NCBI GenBank assembly: GCA_035623955.1
Contig: DASPSM010000016.1
Span: 1 to 43,201, forward strand
Direction of reading: 5' to 3'
Source of the DNA: Planctomycetaceae bacterium
GTDB taxonomy: Bacteria > Planctomycetota > Planctomycetia > Planctomycetales > Planctomycetaceae
DNA: 43,201 bases
The translations under genes and the position numbers were made by a program. This document shows positions 1 through 8,509 of this stretch, in pieces (positions within the stretch are counted from its first letter, which is position 1; each line of letters begins with the position of its first letter). The notes beneath the pieces were generated by a model, which was not told the origin of the DNA, made no database searches, and worked only from the letters and a program-made list of their open reading frames with translations.

Positions 1-770
1 AGCGCGACCCACCACAGGTTCCGTGATTCGTCGCGCGTCTCGTAGTTGCGGTAGCCCCACAGGTGCGTGGCCGAATTGACGAACCAGGTGCAGTGGTAGG
101 CCCACGCCATTCGCACGCACAGGCCCCACAACACTCCCGGCACGCCGGCGATCAGATAAAGGGCCACGCCGATACCGACCAGGCACAAGCCGTAGTACCG
201 CTCGTAGAACTGCATCAACGGCCGATCAACCAGGTCGGGAGCGTATCGCTTGTAGAGCACGGCGCGCTGCTCGCTCGTGTGCCGGACGAACAGCCAGAGG
301 ATGTGCGACCACCACGTTCCTTCCAGCGGCGAATGCGGATCGCCTTCCTGATCGGAGCGCTGATGATGCAGACGATGCGTGGCCGCCCACATCAAGGGGG
401 ATCCCTGTCCGGAAGCGACCGAACAGAAGAGCACAAGGAACTCGGCGGGTCGCGTCAGCTTCAGAGACTTGTGCGACAAGTATCGATGATAGCCTAGACA
501 GATGCCGACGCTGGCAGTCAGCCAGTGGGCGACGAGCGCGACGACGAGGGCCTTCCACGTGAAGAAGAAGGGAGCTGCCAGGCAGCCCGCGTGAATCCCG
601 ACCATCCACAGCAGAACGGGCCAGTCGATGTTCTTCCAGCGGAGTTGATTGGGATTGAACCAGTCGTAAACTTCCTGCGGAGCGACGGTCCGCTCGACGT
701 GGTGCTGATTCTTCGGCCGTCGCTTCTTCGAGCGACGACGCTTGTGAGGAGCGATTACTGCGCTGGCCAT
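1..770 (-). CDS. Membrane delta-9-type fatty acid desaturase (acyl-CoA/acyl-lipid); C-terminus cut by left window edge
   Basis: Not in the ORF track because there is no stop inside the window. Reverse-strand ATG at 770-768 opens a frame that stays open to the edge: MASAVIAPHKRRRSKKRRPKNQHHVERTVAPQEVYDWFNPNQLRWKNIDWPVLLWMVGIHAGCLAAPFFF...CLGYHRYLSHKSLKL...LMWAATHRLHHQRSDQEGDPHSPLEGTWWSHILW. His boxes HRYLSH and HRLHH have the spacing typical of delta-9 FA_desaturase enzymes. The third His box would lie beyond the edge. Confidence 0.85.
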   Translation of the reverse strand, partial: MASAVIAPHKRRRSKKRRPKNQHHVERTVAPQEVYDWFNPNQLRWKNIDWPVLLWMVGIHAGCLAAPFFFTWKALVVALVAHWLTASVGICLGYHRYLSHKSLKLTRPAEFLVLFCSVASGQGSPLMWAATHRLHHQRSDQEGDPHSPLEGTWWSHILWLFVRHTSEQRAVLYKRYAPDLVDRPLMQFYERYYGLCLVGIGVALYLIAGVPGVLWGLCVRMAWAYHCTWFVNSATHLWGYRNYETRDESRNLWWVA

Positions 771-914
771 CGTGGTCTCCGGGTGCTTCGGCGAGTATCG
801 GCCGGATGGGCGTGGTTTCTGCGTGAAACTTTAACGGGAGGATAGAAAAGGGGCGTCAGCGCACGGTCACTGGATTGTCATATTTGTGTCACGGGCGCAA
901 ATCGGAAAACTGAT

Positions 915-943
915 TTGACTTACTGCGAGGCGAGGCGGATATT
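915..943 (+). promoter_or_regulatory. Candidate sigma70-like promoter for the small HTH gene
   Basis: TTGACT (915-920), 17-nt spacer, GATATT (938-943), about 90 nt upstream of the ATG at 1034. Motif match only. Confidence 0.25.
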
Positions 944-1033
944 GTGACTTCTTGAGAGCCGTGCCAGGAGTCCTCTGAGACGCCTCACGACGAGGTTCGC
1001 TCGGAGTCGGGAAAGGGATTAAGGAGCCACGAG

Positions 1034-1291
1034 ATGCCCGTTCTCAAAATGACGGCGGAAGAGATCAAAATCCTCCGCAAAACGCTCAAGATGAGCGAGG
1101 CCGAGCTGGCAAAGCGAATCGAGCTTGCGGACCGGCAGGCCGTCAAGCTGTTGGAGTCGGGGGGGATGAATCCCACTTTGAAGATGTATCGGCACCTGAT
1201 CCGACTGCTGCGCAACGGAGCCACGCGCTCTCCCAAACTGAAGAAAATGCTCGAAGCAATCAGAGCGCGCTCCGAGGTCCGTTTGCCGTGA
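1034..1291 (+). CDS. Small helix-turn-helix (XRE-like) DNA-binding protein, 85 aa
   Basis: Strong SD AAGGAG at 1021-1026, 7 nt before the ATG. LKMSEAELAKRIELADRQAVKLLESG reads like an HTH. Its stop codon overlaps the GTG at 1288 of the next ORF. Confidence 0.55.
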   Translation: MPVLKMTAEEIKILRKTLKMSEAELAKRIELADRQAVKLLESGGMNPTLKMYRHLIRLLRNGATRSPKLKKMLEAIRARSEVRLP

Positions 1292-1332
1292 TCTCGCCCG
1301 GTCCTACGCCGGCGCGCCGCTGGAGTCACCGC

Positions 1333-2289
1333 ATGATGTCTCGACCGATTTCCGTCTCTCTGGTCGGATTGCTCGCGCTCGGATTGAGAGCGCCCGCTCC
1401 CGCCGGCGACTCTGCTCCGGCCAGGTCCTCGCGCTCGCTGATCGTGCACGCGGACGATGCCGGCATGTCGCATTCGGTGAATCTGGCGACGATTGAAGGG
1501 CTGGAACACGGGATCGTCACCTCGACCAGCATCCTCGTCCCCTGTGCCTGGTTCCCCGAGTTCGCCGAATACGCGCGCAAGCACCCCGAGCGCGATTACG
1601 GCGTGCATCTGACGCTGACGTGCGAATGGAAGAATTATCGCTGGGGACCGGTGGCTCCGCGCGATAAAGTCCCGAGCCTGCTCGACAAGCAGGGTTACCT
1701 GTATCGCGACAATCCGCCCGTGGTCGCCAACGCCAAACTCAGCGAGGCCGAGACCGAATTACGCGCCCAGATCGATCGCGCGAAGGCGTTTGGCGTGCGT
1801 CTCTCGCATCTCGACACGCACATGGGGACGCTCTTGGATCGGCCCGATCTGCTGGAGCTCTACGTCAACTTGGGGATCGCGTACAACCTGCCAGTGATGT
1901 TCACCCGCCAGGCAACGTTGCCGGCAATGCAGGCCCGCTACCCGGCTCTCCGTGGCCGCGATCGCCAACTGCTCGACGCGCTCGACAGCCGCCATCTCCC
2001 CGTGCTGTCGTCACTCCTCATGCTCTACAACAAGGGAGAGCACGCCGCTCGCGCCAGAAACTACCTCAAGGCCTTTGAGTCGCTGCCCCCCGGCGTGAAC
2101 GAGGTGATCGTGCATTGCGGCATCGACAATGCCGAGCTCGAGGCGATCACCGACTCGGCCAGACTCCGCGACAGCGACCGCCGGTTCGTCACCGACCCAG
2201 CCACCAAGGCCGAGCTCACGCGAATGGGGTTCAGCTTGACCAATTGGGGCGAGTTTCGGCAGGCGGTCGAGCACAAATCGCGGGATTGA
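1333..2289 (+). CDS. ChbG/HpnK (YdjC) family carbohydrate deacetylase with N-terminal signal peptide
   Basis: Motifs HADDAGMSHSVN, GVHLTLT and LDTHMG match the YdjC family metal-binding pattern. The start is placed at ATG 1333 (MMSRPISVSLVGLLALGL, signal-like). The ORF-track start 1288 (GTG) is also possible. Confidence 0.8.
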   Translation: MMSRPISVSLVGLLALGLRAPAPAGDSAPARSSRSLIVHADDAGMSHSVNLATIEGLEHGIVTSTSILVPCAWFPEFAEYARKHPERDYGVHLTLTCEWKNYRWGPVAPRDKVPSLLDKQGYLYRDNPPVVANAKLSEAETELRAQIDRAKAFGVRLSHLDTHMGTLLDRPDLLELYVNLGIAYNLPVMFTRQATLPAMQARYPALRGRDRQLLDALDSRHLPVLSSLLMLYNKGEHAARARNYLKAFESLPPGVNEVIVHCGIDNAELEAITDSARLRDSDRRFVTDPATKAELTRMGFSLTNWGEFRQAVEHKSRD

Positions 2290-2421
2290 CTCGTTGCGGC
2301 CGGACTCGAAGACCGATGATTCAAGCCGGCGGCTTCCAATCCTCTTTCGCTTGTTCCGCCCGAGACTTAGACTGGAACAAGAGGGCCGCGGGATCGGCCT
2401 GTCGTCGTTTTGGAGCCTGCG

Positions 2422-3702
2422 ATGCGCTTCCCAAGAATGGTCCGGATTCGCCAGAAGTTCGACGCCCAGCGCGTAGCGAACGTCGCGGCTGAGACACAGA
2501 ACCAGCTTCGCCGCCTCAACCTGGGGCAGAAGGTCCGGGCCGGGCAATCGGTCGCGATTACCGTCGGCAGCCGCGGAATCGCCAACATCGCCGAGATCAC
2601 TAAGGCGATCTGTGACCACGTGCGCTCGCTCGGCGCCAGGCCGGTGATCATTCCCGCGATGGGCAGCCACGGGGGCGGCACCGCCGAGGGGCAGCGCGAG
2701 ATCATCGAATCGTATGGCGTGACAGAGGAATTCACCGGGGCCGAAATTCGCTCGTCGATGCAAACGGTCATCGTCGACCGTACGCCCCAAAACATCCCCG
2801 TTCATTTCGATCGCAATGCTTACGAATGCGACCACGTCATCGTGGCCGGGCGCGTGAAACCGCACACCGGTTTCGTGGGCGAGATCGAATCGGGCTTGCA
2901 CAAGATGATGCTCATCGGCCTGGGCAAGCACGAGGGGGCCAAGATCTATCACCGCGCGATCATCGATTACAGCTTCCATGAAATCATTCAGGCGGTCGCC
3001 GCCGTCGTGCTCGAGAAGTGCAAGGTCCTGTGCGGCGTGGCGATCGTCGAGAACGCCTACGACCAGACGGCTCTGATCGAAGCGGTCCCGCCCGAGAGAT
3101 TTTACGATCGCGAGCGCGAGCTGCTTGTGCTTGCCAAAAAATGGATGCCCCGGCTCCCCTTTCAGGAAATCGGCTTGTTGATCGTCGACGAGATCGGCAA
3201 GAACATCAGCGGGTCGGGAATGGACACGAACGTGATCGGCCGCAAATTCGTCGGCAATCCGGACGAGGGACGCGACGACGTCCGCTGCAAGCGGATCTTT
3301 ATCCGCGGTCTGACCGAAGAAACGCACGGGAACGCCTGCGGGATTGGGCTGGCCGAGTTCACGAATCGCCGCACGGTCGAGCAAATGGACATTCGCGTCA
3401 CGACGATCAACGCACTCACGGGGGGGCACCCAACGGCCGCCGCCGTTCCCGTGACCTTCGAGACCGATCGGGAGGTGCTCGAGGCGGCCCTGCCGACCGT
3501 CGGGTTTGACGAGCCCGAAAATGCCCGCGTGGTACAAATCTCCAACACTCTGCACCTTTCCGAAGTACTGGTTAGCGAGGCGTATCTGCCGGAAGTCTCG
3601 CGCCGCAGCGACTTGGAAGTCCTTGAAGGTCCATTCGAGATGGAGTTCGACGCGGACGGGTTCCTGTTGCCCGTCGCGGCTTCCGGCCTGACCGTTCACT
3701 GA
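2422..3702 (+). CDS. Lactate racemase N-terminal domain-like (DUF2088/LarA-N family) protein
   Basis: MRFPRMVRIRQKF...VAITVGSRGIANI...IIPAMGSHGGGTAEGQREIIESYGVTEE matches the architecture I recall for LarA-N-like proteins. SD GGAG at 2412-2415, 6 nt before ATG 2422. The ORF-track start at 2410 is TTG. Confidence 0.6.
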   Translation: MRFPRMVRIRQKFDAQRVANVAAETQNQLRRLNLGQKVRAGQSVAITVGSRGIANIAEITKAICDHVRSLGARPVIIPAMGSHGGGTAEGQREIIESYGVTEEFTGAEIRSSMQTVIVDRTPQNIPVHFDRNAYECDHVIVAGRVKPHTGFVGEIESGLHKMMLIGLGKHEGAKIYHRAIIDYSFHEIIQAVAAVVLEKCKVLCGVAIVENAYDQTALIEAVPPERFYDRERELLVLAKKWMPRLPFQEIGLLIVDEIGKNISGSGMDTNVIGRKFVGNPDEGRDDVRCKRIFIRGLTEETHGNACGIGLAEFTNRRTVEQMDIRVTTINALTGGHPTAAAVPVTFETDREVLEAALPTVGFDEPENARVVQISNTLHLSEVLVSEAYLPEVSRRSDLEVLEGPFEMEFDADGFLLPVAASGLTVH

Positions 3703-3775
3703 GTGTCGGTTACTTGGGCGCGGCAGAACGTGCAGCGCGCGAGCCGGCACCACACTCGCTCGTACTCAATTGCAA

Positions 3776-5164
3776 ATGCGTCGCCCCGCACCGAACAAAT
3801 CGGGCATCGAACTGGCCGCCGCAGCCAACCGCGGAATGACCCGTCGCAGTTTTCTGATCGCCGGGACTCTGACGGCCGGGGGAATCGGGGCGGCGGCCTA
3901 CGCCTGGAACCGTTACGGGCAATCGCTCCTGGAAACGGGCGAGTACTCGGGAAAAGGCGTTATCCACGGCGAGCCGCTGGCGCTCACGTCGTCGGGTATG
4001 CTGCTCGACACTGATTTTCGCGAGCCATGTGCCGGCGGGGAGTTTCTCGGTTACCTCCCCTTCCACTCTCAAGAGGAGTCGGAGTTCCGCGGCAAGTTCG
4101 GCCAGAATTCACATGGGGGCCACGATGCGCGGCTCTGCCTCGATCTGGCGACTCTGCTCACGCCCCAGGGGCGGCTGACGCCCAACGATCAGTTCTTCAT
4201 CCGCACAGAAAATCCCGATCTGCTCAAGCCGCCCAAGGAGTGGAAGATAAAAATCCACGGCGAGGTGAAAGAGCCGAAGGACGTGCCGCTCAAATCGCTC
4301 GAGGATTTTGTCGAGCCGAAGGGCCCCGTTCTGTTGGAATGCTCGGGCAATGGTGCCCAGCTCAAGTTTGGGCTATTGAGCGTCGCAGAGTGGGCCGGCA
4401 TTCCGATCCAAAAGATCATCCAGCTTGCCCATCCGACGGACAAGGCGAAGGCGATTTATATCAACGGCTTCGATGACGATTCCAACTTGCCCGATCACGG
4501 TCCGCCTTACAGAACTCATTCTTATCCGACATGCAGCTGGATTTTTCCGATCGAACAACTGGTCAACACCGGAGCTTTCCTGGCGACGCAAATGAACGGG
4601 GCGCCGCTGCCGAAGGACCATGGCGCGCCAGTGCGTTTGATCATTCCAAACTGGTACGGCTGCAGCGAGGTGAAATGGGTCAACGAAATTAAGTTCGTCG
4701 ACAACAATCAGAAGGCGACCTGGCAGATGTTGGAGTTCAGCAATCGCACGAACCAAAAGCCGCTGCGCGAAGACCGAAGGTTTTACCATCCGCTTGGACC
4801 TGACCTCGCGCGCGACTATCGCCCCGCAACGATCGACCAGGCGGCGGTCCCCGTGCGAGTCGAGCAGTGGCGAGTCGGCGGAAAAATCCTCTATCGCGTG
4901 GTCGGAATCACCTGGGGCGGGCCAAATCGTTCGGAAAACCTGGAAGTCCTGTTGACGAAAGCCGGGGGGATGTCGCAGCCCGCCCCGATTAATTTCTGTA
5001 AAGCGGCCACTTCCAACTCGCAATACGGCATCTGGACCCAGACCTTCCCCGCTCATAAACGGGGCTTCTGCGCCATCAGAGTCCGCGTCGCCGACTCCAA
5101 GGTCCGCTCGCGCCGCCAAAAGCGCGGCGACTACGATCGCACCGTTTTCATTCCGGATGTTTGA
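3776..5164 (+). CDS. TAT-exported molybdopterin-dependent oxidoreductase (sulfite-oxidase fold)
   Basis: Twin-arginine signal GMTRRSFLIAGTLTAGG. LLECSGNG carries the candidate Mo-ligand Cys. HGAPVRLIIPNWYGCSEVKWVNEIKF is typical of the Oxidored_molyb domain. The ORF-track start 3770 is TTG; the first ATG is at 3776. Confidence 0.8.
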   Translation: MRRPAPNKSGIELAAAANRGMTRRSFLIAGTLTAGGIGAAAYAWNRYGQSLLETGEYSGKGVIHGEPLALTSSGMLLDTDFREPCAGGEFLGYLPFHSQEESEFRGKFGQNSHGGHDARLCLDLATLLTPQGRLTPNDQFFIRTENPDLLKPPKEWKIKIHGEVKEPKDVPLKSLEDFVEPKGPVLLECSGNGAQLKFGLLSVAEWAGIPIQKIIQLAHPTDKAKAIYINGFDDDSNLPDHGPPYRTHSYPTCSWIFPIEQLVNTGAFLATQMNGAPLPKDHGAPVRLIIPNWYGCSEVKWVNEIKFVDNNQKATWQMLEFSNRTNQKPLREDRRFYHPLGPDLARDYRPATIDQAAVPVRVEQWRVGGKILYRVVGITWGGPNRSENLEVLLTKAGGMSQPAPINFCKAATSNSQYGIWTQTFPAHKRGFCAIRVRVADSKVRSRRQKRGDYDRTVFIPDV

Positions 5165-5178
5165 TCTGCGTCGATGGA

Positions 5179-6612
5179 TCAGACGCGATAGTAGACGTCC
5201 ATCACCTGCTGCAGCATGCCGTGCACCAAGGAGCGATCGGGGACCGTCGCGGCCAGGCCGTAAATCGGCGCCATGCCTCCCATGAAGTCGGGATTTGCGC
5301 GGACGAATGCCACCGCTTCTTTCAAATCCGAGACGAAGCGCTCCGCGACGCCCGGCTGAGCGTGCCGCAGCGTGGGGCTCAGATGGATGCCTGCCGGGCG
5401 TTGCAGTCCGGTGAGACTCCAGCCTTTTGCCGACATGCAGTCGAGCACCTGGTAGACGTTGAGGCTGTCGCTCGTCGACATGAAGGCGAACACGCCGATC
5501 GTCCGGCCCATCAGTCGCAGCTCGGGGATTTCCATCACACCCTGCTTCATGATGGCAACCGCTTCCAGGATGCGGCGGGTCGCTTCGAGGTAGCCTTGCT
5601 CTCCGAACGAAACCAGTGCCGCCCAGCAGGCAGCGCTCAATCCTCCTGGACGGCTGCCGGAAAAGGTCGGCGAGTAATAGAGCCCGCCGGGCCAGTCTGA
5701 CGTCGTGAAGTATTGAAAGCGTCGCAGCGCCGCCCCGCGGTAGAGCACGACCGAAGTCCCCTTGGGCGCGTAGCCGTATTTGTGCGTGTCGCACGACATC
5801 GATGTCACACCTGAGAGCCGGAAATCGAAGGGCGGCACGGGCTCACCGAGCCGCTCGGCCCAGGGCAGGAAGAAGCCCCCCAGGCAACCGTCGACGTGCA
5901 AGCCGATCCCACGCTCCTTGGCGATGGCAGCTAGGCTTTCGATCGGGTCGATCGTGCCGTAGGGGAAATTGCAGGCCGAGCCGACGATCGCGATCGTGTT
6001 TTTGGTGATTGCCGCTTCGAGCGCGGCGAGATCGACGCAGAAATCGTCATCAAGCGGAACCACCCGCAGCTTCAATCCGAAGTATTGAGATGCCTTGTGG
6101 AAGGCCGCGTGCCCGGAGACTGGCACGACCAACTCGGGTTCGGTGGTTCCTTTTGTCGCGCGGGCCCAGTCGCGATAAGTCTTCATCGCCAGCAAGATAC
6201 TTTCGGATCCGCCCGACGTGACCGAGCCGCAGACGCCCTCTTCGCTGCCGACAGGCGCGCCGGCCTTGTCGCCGTTGAGCATATGGGCCGTCATCGACAC
6301 GATTTCGGCCTCGAACTTGGCCGCGCTGGGAAACAGATCGGGGTGCAGCGGATTGACCTGTGAATGCAGGGCATAAACGCGGCTGACGAAATCGATGTGC
6401 GCCGGATCGCCGTTGTACACCGCGCCCGACGCGTGGCCGTCCGCCCAGCGTGCCGCCTCGCGCTGTTGCAGGTTTTCCATCGTGCCGAGCACGTCCTGCC
6501 GCTTGAGCCCCGTGGCGGGCAAGCGCGGAAACGCGGGAAGCGCGCCCCGGTACGGATGCATCATCTGATCGAGCGAAGCGGCCAAATCGATCGACGGGGC
6601 GACAGTTGCCAT
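5179..6612 (-). CDS. Sphingosine-1-phosphate lyase-like PLP-dependent enzyme (group II decarboxylase fold)
   Basis: PLP-lysine motif SMSCDTHKYGYAPKGTSVVLYR closely resembles the S1P-lyase signature ADTHKYGFAPKG. Also GSVTSGGSESILLA and HVDGCLGGF. No N-terminal TM segment. Confidence 0.85.
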   Translation of the reverse strand: MATVAPSIDLAASLDQMMHPYRGALPAFPRLPATGLKRQDVLGTMENLQQREAARWADGHASGAVYNGDPAHIDFVSRVYALHSQVNPLHPDLFPSAAKFEAEIVSMTAHMLNGDKAGAPVGSEEGVCGSVTSGGSESILLAMKTYRDWARATKGTTEPELVVPVSGHAAFHKASQYFGLKLRVVPLDDDFCVDLAALEAAITKNTIAIVGSACNFPYGTIDPIESLAAIAKERGIGLHVDGCLGGFFLPWAERLGEPVPPFDFRLSGVTSMSCDTHKYGYAPKGTSVVLYRGAALRRFQYFTTSDWPGGLYYSPTFSGSRPGGLSAACWAALVSFGEQGYLEATRRILEAVAIMKQGVMEIPELRLMGRTIGVFAFMSTSDSLNVYQVLDCMSAKGWSLTGLQRPAGIHLSPTLRHAQPGVAERFVSDLKEAVAFVRANPDFMGGMAPIYGLAATVPDRSLVHGMLQQVMDVYYRV

Positions 6613-6666
6613 AAATGTTCCTTGCGTGTGTTTCCCGGCGAGCCGGAGGCGTAAGCCTCCGGGTGC

Positions 6667-8271
6667 TTAATTCTGTGCTTTCTCGGCGCCTTTGTTTAAC
6701 AGTGCGAACAAGCCTCGGGTGCGCTTGTAACATTTCACAAACGCCGACGAAAGCTCCCGGTACGTTTTTCGATTTCGCGGATCGGGCTCGAAAACGCCGG
6801 AAATCGGAACCAGGGACGAGATCTCGTCCCGGCGGCGAATTCCGAGCGACATGAGCGCGTGTAACGCAGCCCCGCGAACCGTGGCCAGGCGGGGCGAAGC
6901 GATGCGCTGAATCGGGCGATCCAGAATATCGGCGAAGATCTGACACCAGAGGTCGGACTCCGCCGCTCCGCCCACCAGGCGCAGCGAGTCAAATCGTCTG
7001 CCGACAAAGTTCTCAACGTGCGGCAATAACCAGCCCAGGTTGAAGGCAATGCCCTCCATCACAGCTCGCACGGCCTCCGCCCGCCCGGTGCGCAGCGTTT
7101 GATTAATAAAACCGCCGCGCACATGTCCGTCGGCAGCTGGCGGACCCGATCCATTGAGCCACGGCAAGAACAAGAGCCCATCGCACCCGGCGGGAACTGC
7201 GGCGGCTTCCTGGAAAAGCCTCGTATAGACGTTGCCGCGCTCGCTCTCGTCAGACCAGTTGCGATCCGCGCACAGCAGTCGCTCGACGACCGCCTCCAGG
7301 CACCGGCCGGCCGCTCCTTGTTCCGCCACTACAATATTGCGTCCCGGTATGGCCGAGGGCATCGTGGCGATGGCCCGCAGCAGGTTGGCCTTCTTGAACG
7401 GAATGTGACAGCTGAGCCACGAGGTCGTGCCGACCGAAATGTATCCGACGGCGTCGTCGATCGAGCCAGCCCCCAGGGCGGCCGTTTGATTGTCCGTCGT
7501 GCCGCAGACGACCCGCGTTGTGGGCGGCAACTGCCACGCGGCGGCGATCTCCGGCAGGAGCGTTCCCAGCACATCGTCGACGGGCACGAGGTCGGGCAAC
7601 TTTGCGCGGTCGACGCCGGCCAAGCGCAGCAGCCCGTCGTGGTAGTGCACGCGAGTGACGTCGCGGTTGTCGGTCAGCAGATAGGGAAAAATCGTGGCGT
7701 ACGAAGCCGAGAACCGGCCGGTGAGCCGCAGGTTGAGATAGTCCATCGGCTCGAGCAGCCGATGCGTCCGAGCATAAATGTCCGGGTGGGCCCGCTTCAA
7801 ATACAGGATGTGCGCCAGCGAATCGGCACCCGAGTGCGTTGGCACGGCACCGGTGATCTGAATCCATCGCAAGAGACGCCGCAGCCCATAACCGTCGATT
7901 TTGATCAGTCCGTCCGTCAGTGCGGCCGTGTCCGGGGCGCCTCGCGAGTCCATCCAGTGGATGGCGTTCATCAGCGGCTGACCGCTCGCGTCGATCGGCG
8001 CGATCACGGACCACTGCCCCGTGCAAGAGACGGCGACGATCCCGCTTCGATCGACTTGGGGATGCGACAGTGCCGTCGCGACCGCCTGGTCGACGGCCCG
8101 CCACCATTCGTGCGGATTCTGCTCGGCGCCGCCGTCGTCGACAAAAAGCGTCGAGACCGATCGCCGCGCGTGCGACAGAATCTCACCGCGCTCGGTGACC
8201 ACAGCGACCTTCGGGCCGCCGCTGCCCAGGTCGACCGCGAGGATGCTGCGTGGGTGGTCCGAGGGATCCAA
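6667..8271 (-). CDS. FGGY-family carbohydrate/polyol kinase
   Basis: N-terminal ILAVDLGSGGPKVAV, central GTTDNQTAALGAG, C-terminal VGGAAESDLWCQIFADILDRPI (FGGY_N/FGGY_C signatures). TTG start at 8271 is preceded by GGAG 8 nt upstream on the minus strand. Confidence 0.85.
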   Translation of the reverse strand: MDPSDHPRSILAVDLGSGGPKVAVVTERGEILSHARRSVSTLFVDDGGAEQNPHEWWRAVDQAVATALSHPQVDRSGIVAVSCTGQWSVIAPIDASGQPLMNAIHWMDSRGAPDTAALTDGLIKIDGYGLRRLLRWIQITGAVPTHSGADSLAHILYLKRAHPDIYARTHRLLEPMDYLNLRLTGRFSASYATIFPYLLTDNRDVTRVHYHDGLLRLAGVDRAKLPDLVPVDDVLGTLLPEIAAAWQLPPTTRVVCGTTDNQTAALGAGSIDDAVGYISVGTTSWLSCHIPFKKANLLRAIATMPSAIPGRNIVVAEQGAAGRCLEAVVERLLCADRNWSDESERGNVYTRLFQEAAAVPAGCDGLLFLPWLNGSGPPAADGHVRGGFINQTLRTGRAEAVRAVMEGIAFNLGWLLPHVENFVGRRFDSLRLVGGAAESDLWCQIFADILDRPIQRIASPRLATVRGAALHALMSLGIRRRDEISSLVPISGVFEPDPRNRKTYRELSSAFVKCYKRTRGLFALLNKGAEKAQN

Positions 8272-8340
8272 CCGAATAACTCCAAGGGCGAGTCAGTTTA
8301 ACGCGATGGACCTCAATTGAGCGAGCAGCGCCGTTTCGAC

Positions 8341-8473
8341 CCGGCGAGCGGCCGGTGTAAGCCGGCCGGTGCTTTTCTTTGAATCTTCTCGACCGGCCGC
8401 GAAGCGGCAACTTTCCTTCAAGGCCTGCTCGAGAATCGAAGCACCGGGCGGGCTTACACCCGCCGCTCGCCGG
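8341..8473. repeat. 133-bp palindromic element (32/33-nt inverted arms, each with its own local hairpin)
   Basis: Arm 1, 8341-8372: CCGGCGAGCGGCCGGTGTAAGCCGGCCGGTGC. The reverse complement of arm 2 (8441-8473) is CCGGCGAGCGGCGGGTGTAAGCCCGCCCGGTGC. Local hairpins GGCCGG-TGTAAG-CCGGCC and GGCGGG-CTTACA-CCCGCC. Confidence 0.6.
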
Positions 8474-8509
8474 GCTGTTTCGCGCTCGGAATTTGGATAA
8501 ACTCGCGGG

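Noticed and set aside
1034-2289. Toxin-antitoxin pair (small HTH protein overlapping the next gene)
   Set aside because: The downstream product is a YdjC-type deacetylase with a signal peptide, not a toxin family.
2011-5794. 580-aa (2011-3753) and 473-aa (4373-5794) minus-strand ORFs
   Set aside because: They overlap the LarA-N-like, molybdoenzyme and S1P-lyase-like genes in antisense or alternative frames and have no motifs. They are high-GC artefacts.
8351-8385. Hairpin GGCCGG-TGTAAG-CCGGCC followed by GCTTTTCTTTG as a rho-independent terminator
   Set aside because: No plus-strand gene ends upstream of it, and it is one arm of the larger 133-bp palindrome. It is reported as part of that element instead.
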